Assembly: GCF_003334335.1 (NCBI RefSeq)
Contig: NZ_QOWQ01000041.1
Direction: 5' to 3' (one strand)
Length of the DNA stretch: 39,438 nucleotides
Source: Escherichia coli
GTDB lineage: Bacteria > Pseudomonadota > Gammaproteobacteria > Enterobacterales > Enterobacteriaceae
Positions 32,504 through 39,438 of the stretch are shown here, one piece after another. Each line of letters starts with the position of its first letter. Within the stretch, counting starts at the first letter, position 1. The notes beneath the pieces are model-generated. The model was given only the letters and a program-made list of their open reading frames with translations, did no database searches and was not told the origin of the DNA. The translations under genes were made by a program, and so were the position numbers.

Positions 32504-32592
32504 CGCTGTAATTCTTATAACGTTATAATACTTAATAAAAAAATACTGACGCGCCGGGCATCCTCAAATAGGAAAACCTGAAGGCACGATTG

Positions 32593-32766
32593 TTAAATCT
32601 CCCACGGTGCCTTCGGGATGTCTGGCGTAGATTCAGCAACCTGGCGCAAGAGTTCTGCTTTAAGTATCTCGAGATTATGGATCGCAGAGTGGTAATCGCC
32701 TGCCACAAGGATATCTAACACAATATCAATACGTTCGGCAACGCGCTGGGCATCAAATTCAGACAT
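32593..32766 (-). CDS. yciZ: UPF0509 small protein YciZ
   Basis: 57 aa from [20 protein letters not shown]...; second in-frame ATG chosen because AAGGA lies 8 nt upstream of it. Confidence 0.8.
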
Positions 32767-32913
32767 CAAGGACATCCTTATAGCAAAAGGGGGAAAATGA
32801 ATAATGCAAAAATTGCCGCTAAAAGAGAAGTGTTTAACAGCAACGGCTAATTATCATCCAGGAATACGATATATAATGACGGGATATAGCGCTAAGTATA
32901 TATATTCATCTAC

Positions 32914-34899
32914 TTATGCGCGCTTCAGATAGCGTTTATACCAGCGTTCGAAGGCGACGGCGGGCATCGGTTTGGCAAACAAAAATCCTTGCCGCTCATT
33001 GATCCCGTTCTTGGTTAAAAAAGCATCTTCCTTTGCACTCTCTACACCTTCGGCGATCACCTGAAGATTCAATGCCTGGGCCACAGCGACGATCGCCCGG
33101 ACCAGTGACTGCGAGACAGGTTGTTTGTGAATATCTCGAACAAAAACCTGGTCAAGTTTGATGGCATCGATCGGAAAGCGCGCCAGTTGCGAAAGTGAAG
33201 AGTAGCCGGTACCAAAATCATCCAGATGCACTTGCGCACCTAGTTGGCTAAATTGTTGAATAACAGACAGTGCCAGTTCATCATTCTCAATCAGACAACT
33301 CTCTGTCAGTTCAACATCTATAGGGCAGTATTCAAAATTGAGTTCCTGGAGAACCTGTTTCAGGGCGGTGAAAATGGTTTGATCGGCGAGCTGACGTGCA
33401 GAAATATTTACCGCCACTCGCAGGTTTATGCCTTTATCCCGCCACTTTGCCACCTGGCGTACGACATCGAGAATCACCCAACGGCCTAAAGGCACAATTA
33501 GCCCTGACTCTTCGGCGTAGGAAATGAAGTCCAACGGTGGAATCAACCCACGTTCAGGTGACTGCCAACGTACTAGTGCTTCCAGACTGCGCACTTCGCC
33601 ACGCCAGGTGATTTTCGGTTGATAGTGAATAACCAACTGATCGTTTTCCAGTGCTTTACGCAAGTTGGTATCCAGCCAGAGATATTCAAATACCCGTTGA
33701 TTCATTTCTGGGGTAAAAACGCAAAATTGTCCTCGTCCGCCTTCCTTCGCTGTGTACATTGCTGTGTCGGCGTGACGAATAATAGCCGTGCTGTCTGAAC
33801 CATGTTCGGGAGAGAGTGCAATACCTACTGAACAGCTGGTATAAACTTCAATTAAACCAATGCGAAAGGGGAGCCGTAAGCGGGTCAAAATTCGTGATGC
33901 CATTGCTTCCAGCGCGCTTTGTGAGGTGTTGGATGCCAGTACCAGAAACTCATCCCCACCTGGACGCGCCAACACCTGGTCATGTTCGAGACAGCTTAAA
34001 ATAGCCAATGACACGTCGCGTAATAACTGGTCACCAAACAAATGCCCATAGGCGTCGTTGACCTTTTTGAAATTATCCAAATCAAGATACACAACCCCAA
34101 CTTTATTGTTATCTGCATGATTAATAGCGTGATCGATTAAATCCTGCATTGCGTTACGATTCGGCAGTCCGGTGATACTGTCGGTATTTGCCAGAATACG
34201 CAGTCGCTCCTGAGCGCGGCGCTCTTCGGTAATGTCGGTGCCGGAACAGATTAAAAAAATCTCGTTTTTGCCACTGCCGCTGTGGACAAATTTATTGCGA
34301 AACAGAAACAGCCGCTGGCCTTTACATGTTGGTATCCACAGTTCGACTTCATATGCATTGCCGCTTCGAAAAAATACACGGTTATTGCGCCTGGATGCCG
34401 CAGCTTCACGACGGCTCATAAACAGTTTAAACACGCTTTGCCCAATGACGTCGTGTTCTTTCAACCCTGTGTAATCTTCACATAACCGATTGAAGCGTTG
34501 GATATTCCCCCGGCTGTCGAGAATCACTATTGCGGAATGTGCTTCAGAAACTACCTGCTCAGCAAAGGAAAGCCCGTGTGATAAATCACGAGCAACCGCC
34601 GGTGTGTCATGCCATGCAGACGCGTTGCCAGCCCATTCCCGTTTATTGATTTTTCGTCCTACCAGATGCACAGAAAGATCGCTTTCATCGACGGTCAGAC
34701 TCATCATCAGGCTGGAGGTGATGACCGTCATTTCCCTGATGCGAGCAGCCTGTTCGGCAGATAACTGCAATGTACGATCAGGTTCTGTGGTTTCGGTGGT
34801 AGAAAAGCGCAAAACATCGCTGCTTTCCGTCAACCGCCAGTATGGATTGTGCGATCCGAGAAAGTTGTACAACGTTGTGGACTCCCTAACGGTTTTCAT
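32914..34899 (-). CDS. pdeR: c-di-GMP phosphodiesterase PdeR (Gmr/YciR), PAS-GGDEF-EAL
   Basis: 661 aa; PAS domain, GGDEF domain (GGDEF motif present), EAL domain (EAL motif present). Confidence 0.94.
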   Translation of the reverse strand: MKTVRESTTLYNFLGSHNPYWRLTESSDVLRFSTTETTEPDRTLQLSAEQAARIREMTVITSSLMMSLTVDESDLSVHLVGRKINKREWAGNASAWHDTPAVARDLSHGLSFAEQVVSEAHSAIVILDSRGNIQRFNRLCEDYTGLKEHDVIGQSVFKLFMSRREAAASRRNNRVFFRSGNAYEVELWIPTCKGQRLFLFRNKFVHSGSGKNEIFLICSGTDITEERRAQERLRILANTDSITGLPNRNAMQDLIDHAINHADNNKVGVVYLDLDNFKKVNDAYGHLFGDQLLRDVSLAILSCLEHDQVLARPGGDEFLVLASNTSQSALEAMASRILTRLRLPFRIGLIEVYTSCSVGIALSPEHGSDSTAIIRHADTAMYTAKEGGRGQFCVFTPEMNQRVFEYLWLDTNLRKALENDQLVIHYQPKITWRGEVRSLEALVRWQSPERGLIPPLDFISYAEESGLIVPLGRWVILDVVRQVAKWRDKGINLRVAVNISARQLADQTIFTALKQVLQELNFEYCPIDVELTESCLIENDELALSVIQQFSQLGAQVHLDDFGTGYSSLSQLARFPIDAIKLDQVFVRDIHKQPVSQSLVRAIVAVAQALNLQVIAEGVESAKEDAFLTKNGINERQGFLFAKPMPAVAFERWYKRYLKRA

Positions 34900-34951
34900 G
34901 ATGCATATCCTCCGGTTAACAGCGGAGTCCGCGGTTAAATAAAAGGAACAA

Positions 34952-35056
34952 CATGACTTACATGAAATTAACGGCGGCTAAACGCATTGTTTTTTTTATA
35001 TATTTATTTGTAATCCAGTTTTGGAAAAACGCCAGTTTTCAAACGAAAGTCAGTTA
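34952..35056 (+). CDS. Candidate small hydrophobic protein (34 aa) in the pdeR-rnb intergenic region; possibly the K-12 small ORF ymiB, not verified
   Basis: ATG preceded by AAAGGA about 6 nt upstream; MTYMKLTAAKRIVFFIYLFVIQFWKNASFQTKVS; below the ORF-track cutoff. Confidence 0.35.
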
Positions 35057-35098
35057 AAAAATCTGCCTGGATATAACGAAGGTAGAGCGGGGAAATAA

Positions 35099-35123
35099 AC
35101 GGCCCATCCATGAGGAATGGGCC
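35099..35123 (-). terminator. rnb intrinsic terminator
   Basis: Stem cggcccat / atgggccg; on the - strand followed by TTTATTTCC just after the rnb stop. Confidence 0.7.
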
Positions 35124-35134
35124 GTGAAAGGAGA

Positions 35135-37069
35135 TTACGCGACCGGGCGCGCAATAATGCTGCGGGTTTCCATGCGGACTTCGGCAATAGTGACGTCAAT
35201 AACGTCAGTCACTTTGTAAACCGTTTCACCTTTAATTTGTACAGTGCCGTTTTCCTGGCTGCAAACCAGTTCATCGCGCACAGCGTGTAAGAAAGGTGCC
35301 GGAATAAAGGCGATAGCGCCGTTATCAACCAAACGAACACGCATGCCGCCACGGCTGATATCGACAATTTCCGCTGCGAAACGGGTGTCGGTCCCGGCTT
35401 TGTCTTTCAGGAAGCGTGCGTATAACCAGTCACCAACATCACGTTCTGCCATCCGGTTGAGACGGCGACGCTCGGCCATTTGGACAGTGATTTCATCCTG
35501 TGGGCGCGTCGCAGTTTCGCCTTTGATAACCGCTTTCAGCAGACGGTGGTTGATCATGTCGCCATATTTACGGATCGGCGAAGTCCAGGTGGCGTATGCT
35601 TCCAGACCGAGGCCAAAGTGAGGACCGGGTTCAGTGCTAATTTCAGCAAATGACTGGAAGCGACGAATGCGGCTGTCGAGGAAACCAGTTGGTTGCGCGT
35701 CCAGTTCACGACGCAGTTTGCAGAAACCGTCCAGCGTGAGCACTTCTTCGGCATCGACATGCAGACCGTGCGTTTTCAGCAACGCTGCCAGCGCGTCGGC
35801 ATTCGCCGGATCAAAGCCCATATGCACGTTATAGATGCCAAAACCGAGCTTATCGCGCAGTACGCGGGCCGCACAAATGTTAGCGGCAATCATCGCTTCT
35901 TCGACGATACGGTTGGCAATGCGACGAGGCTCGGCGACGATATCCAGCACTTCACCTTTTTCACCGAGAATAAAGCGGTAATCCGGGCGATCTTTAAACA
36001 CCAGTGCGTGGTTATGACGCCACTCGCCGCGGCGTTGGCAAATTTGCGCTAGCAAACGGACTTGTTCGGCAATTGCTTCACTTTCAGGCTGCCAGTCACC
36101 GGTATTTTCCAGCCAGTCAGAAACCTGGTCATACACCAGCTTTGCTTTGGATTCGATGGTGGCGGCAAAGAATTCGATATTATCTTCAATGGTGCCATCA
36201 GCGGAGAGCGTCATGCGGCATGCCAGTACCGGGCGGACTTCATTGGCGCGCAGTGAGCAGAGATCGTCAGAAAGCTCGCGAGGCAGCATAGGGATGTTGA
36301 AGCCAGGCAGATAGTTGGTGAATGCGCGAATTTTCGCGGCTTTGTCCAGCTTGCTGCCTTCAGCAATCCACGCGGTTGGATCGGCAATCGCCACAATCAG
36401 CTGAAGTTTGTCATCCGGCAACGCCTTAGCGAAAAGGGCGTCATCCATATCTTCTGTGCTGGCACTGTCGATGGTGACAAAATCCAGCGCGGTCAGATCT
36501 TCACGAACCAGACCTTCATCGAGCATTTCGGTAGCGACGCCGTCTGGTGCTTCTTTTTCCAGATTATGGCGTGCAAGGGTAACCCACCACGGTACAAAGT
36601 GATCGTCACCAAAAGTGATGTATTGTGTCAGTTCTGCATAGAAAGAACGATCGCCTTTCAGCGGATGACGGCGCATTTCGGCAACCGCCCAGTCGCCTTC
36701 TTTAAACTCGTGGTTCAGGCCACGGGCTGCGCGGCAAGGAATGGCGTCTTTTAAGAGTGGATGATCAGGAACGATGGCCAGACGGTCATTTTTGCCCTGA
36801 ACCTTACCCACGAAACGAGTCAGGAACGGTTCAACCAGTTCTTCTGGCTCTGCGGATTCACGTTCTTTTTCACTGTGGATCACCGCGATAATTCGGTCGC
36901 CATGCATGACTTTTTTCATCTGCGGCGGCGGAATGAAATAACTTTTTTGCGCGTCGACTTCCAGGAAGCCAAAGCCTTTTTCTGTGGCTTTTACCACCCC
37001 TTCAGCGCGTGGCGTCTGGGAATGCAGTTGCTGTTTAAGCTGCGCTAGCAGCGGGTTGTCCTGAAACAT
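35135..37069 (-). CDS. rnb: Exoribonuclease II
   Basis: 644 aa, [39 protein letters not shown]...; cold-shock domains, RNB catalytic domain, S1 domain. Confidence 0.96.
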
Positions 37070-37136
37070 AATTGTCTATTTTGGTGGCCATTAGAGCGGC
37101 TGACAGTTTTACGCGAATCTGTCTGACGCGGCAAGG

Positions 37137-38264
37137 TTAATATGTCTCACCCAACGCGATTTTTAAGCGATTTATCCAGCCACACAGCCCGCTCCATACC
37201 AGCAGATTAATAATCTGCGTTGATGATTTTTCGTGTTCGAGTAAAGGGCTGAACTGGGCGGCGCTAAAGCGATCGGGTGCTCGGGTCAGCCATTGTATCG
37301 CCTGAACGGTAGCGCGCTCAACAGAATGACGGTCAGCCCATTGGTTAATTTCATTTTCGCCCTTGCGCATAAGGGTGCTGATTTTTTTATATTCATTTGA
37401 TGAATCCATACAGGTGGCAAAACAAGCAGGACTGCCATTTATACGCGCGCATAACAACGCCGCAAGCTGATTATCCGGCTGTGTATTGCCCCGTGTGCTG
37501 TTTAACAACTTTTCGAGAAGGGAAAGTGAAATAGGGTGGAGAGAGAGTATTTCGGCCAGTTGGCAAAGTTCTGCAGTTGAACTTTTTGTGTGCTCTTCAG
37601 GTAGTTTTTCCACCTCATAGCTGCTTCGCCAGCGTAATGATTCATCAGCAAACAGTGACGCGTCGGCGTAGTTTTGTATCTCCAGCCCGGGTAACCAGCG
37701 TACCGGATGCCCGAGATAAGCCTGAAATGTCGCAATTGTCCGCGCCTGAAAGCCAATAAAACCAATGATTTGGCTAATGATCACACAGTCCCAGGCAGTA
37801 AGACCGACGTCATTCAGATGCTGGCGCGATCGGTTGTCGATAATAGAAGGCGAGCTAGCCAGTTGGCGGGCATATTGCGTGATTTGTGCCAACCGATGAT
37901 TACTTTCCCTGGTGGAATCAGGCCCGGGGAGCGGCGTAAGTCGCGCCGAATAGTAGTTACATAACCGCTGGACGCCGCAAACCTGAGCAACCGTCAGGGC
38001 CGTCGACAAGCGTTCATAAGCGGTGAAGGTCTGTGAACGGGTCACGGTAAGCTGGTCAGGGAACAAATCCACTGCAAGAACACGCGCAGGGTCCAGCCAT
38101 GAAAGGAAGGGGGCCAGCGTTTCTTTTTCAAGGATCACGTCGAGTAGAAAGGGATCGCTGACCTTTGCGGCTTCCGGGACCAGAGGCAGAACGTCATACT
38201 CCGTAGTACTGGATTGCGTTTCATGATACCAGTGGCTTTTGCCGGTGATGTGGCGTTGTTCCAT
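37137..38264 (-). CDS. yciW: CMD/AhpD-like family protein YciW
   Basis: 375 aa from [19 protein letters not shown]...; track ORF is 26 codons longer. Confidence 0.88.
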
Positions 38265-38407
38265 GGGCGCTCCTTGGTCGTAAAGGAAATCGTTATCCTG
38301 ACGCAAGGCGGGAAGGGGAGAAAGACGGATCGGCGATAACAAATATCAGAAAGGTATAACAGAGATAACGGGCGGCAGAACGCCGCCCATCTTTACCAAC
38401 AGAACGA

Positions 38408-39196
38408 TTATTTCAGTTCGAGTTCGTTCATTGCAGCAATGCTGAAACCGCCGTCAACGTGGACCACTTCACCGGAGATACCGGCAGAGAGATCGGAGCA
38501 CAGGAATGCCGCAGAGTTACCCACATCTTCAATAGTAACGGTACGGCGAATCGGGGTAACGGCTTCGCAATGAGCCAGCATTTTGCGGAAGTCTTTGATA
38601 CCGGAGGCCGCCAGAGTACGGATCGGACCAGCAGAGATGGCGTTAACACGCACACCTTCCGGACCCATCGCGTTCGCCATATAGCGCACGTTCGCTTCCA
38701 GAGACGCTTTTGCCAGACCCATAACGTTGTAGTTCGGGATAGCGCGCTCAGCGCCAAGGTAGGAAAGGGTCAGCAGGGCAGAACCCGGATTCAGCATGGA
38801 GCGGCAAGCTTTTGCCATTGCAACGAAGCTGTAGGAGCTGATGTCGTGGGCAATTTTGAAGCCTTCACGGGTAACGGCGTTAACATAGTCACCATCCAGC
38901 TGATCGCCAGGTGCAAAACCAATAGAGTGTACGAAACCGTCAAATTTCGGCCAAACTTTCCCCAGTTCAGCGAACATGGTGTCGATGCTGGCATCTTCTG
39001 CAACATCGCACTGCAGAACGATGTCAGAACCCAATTGAGCGGCAAATTCTTCTACGCGGCCTTTCAGTTTGTCGTTCTGGTAGGTGAATGCCAGTTCAGC
39101 TCCTTCGCGGTGCATCGCCTGAGCGATACCGTAGGCGATGGATAGTTTGCTGGCAACACCGGTTACCAGAATGCGCTTACCGGAAAGAAAACCCAT
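38408..39196 (-). CDS. fabI: Enoyl-[acyl-carrier-protein] reductase (NADH)
   Basis: 262 aa, [46 protein letters not shown]... Confidence 0.97.
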
Positions 39197-39438
39197 AGCT
39201 TTAATCCTTATTGTTGATGCTTGTTGTGCCTGAAAATCAGGCGATTCGTCGTTTTAGTAAACAGTACGAACAGATAAACGGTTATTATAATCAACCTGGC
39301 TGTGAGTAGCTATAGTTGCCAGGTCCGACCGGAGCAGGCTGCGGCAGGGGGGGCGCTTTTCCCATAAGCGCTAACTTAAGGGTTGAACCATCTGAAGAAT
39401 GCGACGCCTCGGTGCCTCGTTAAGACGATGCCTCGCGT

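Noticed and set aside
39300-39438. GC-rich stretch after fabI (cagggggggcgcttttcc...) considered as a REP element or structured RNA
   Set aside because: Window ends inside it; too little sequence to call and no clear palindromic unit identified.

Overview
This window is an Escherichia coli chromosomal segment (identified from protein sequences and gene order I recognise; no database search was run). Nt 1-2698 are the right-hand end of a lambda-like prophage: the 3' part of a side tail fibre gene (stf), a tail fibre assembly gene (tfa), a leftward-transcribed SAM-dependent methyltransferase cargo gene flanked by a ~214-bp direct repeat of the tfa 3' end, and an AT-rich terminal region. The prophage abuts a 3' remnant of ompW (about 2699-2815), so it appears to be integrated in ompW. 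From 2830 to the end the window is conserved core genome in the familiar K-12 order: yciE-yciF-yciG, trpABCDE with trpL, attenuator and promoter/operator, yciV, yciO, yciQ, rluB, btuR, yciK, sohB, yciN, topA, cysB, ymiA-yciX, acnA, ribA, pgpB, lapA-lapB, pyrF, yciH, osmB, yciT, yciZ, pdeR, rnb, yciW, fabI. I see no CRISPR array, rRNA, tRNA or IS element. The only accessory material, and the only candidate for something undescribed, is the prophage-end cargo region (about 1100-2700); it is a modest candidate, not a clear new system. Many ORF-track starts are N-terminal over-extensions and were moved to the ATG/GTG/TTG with a Shine-Dalgarno sequence. All coordinates were hand-counted.
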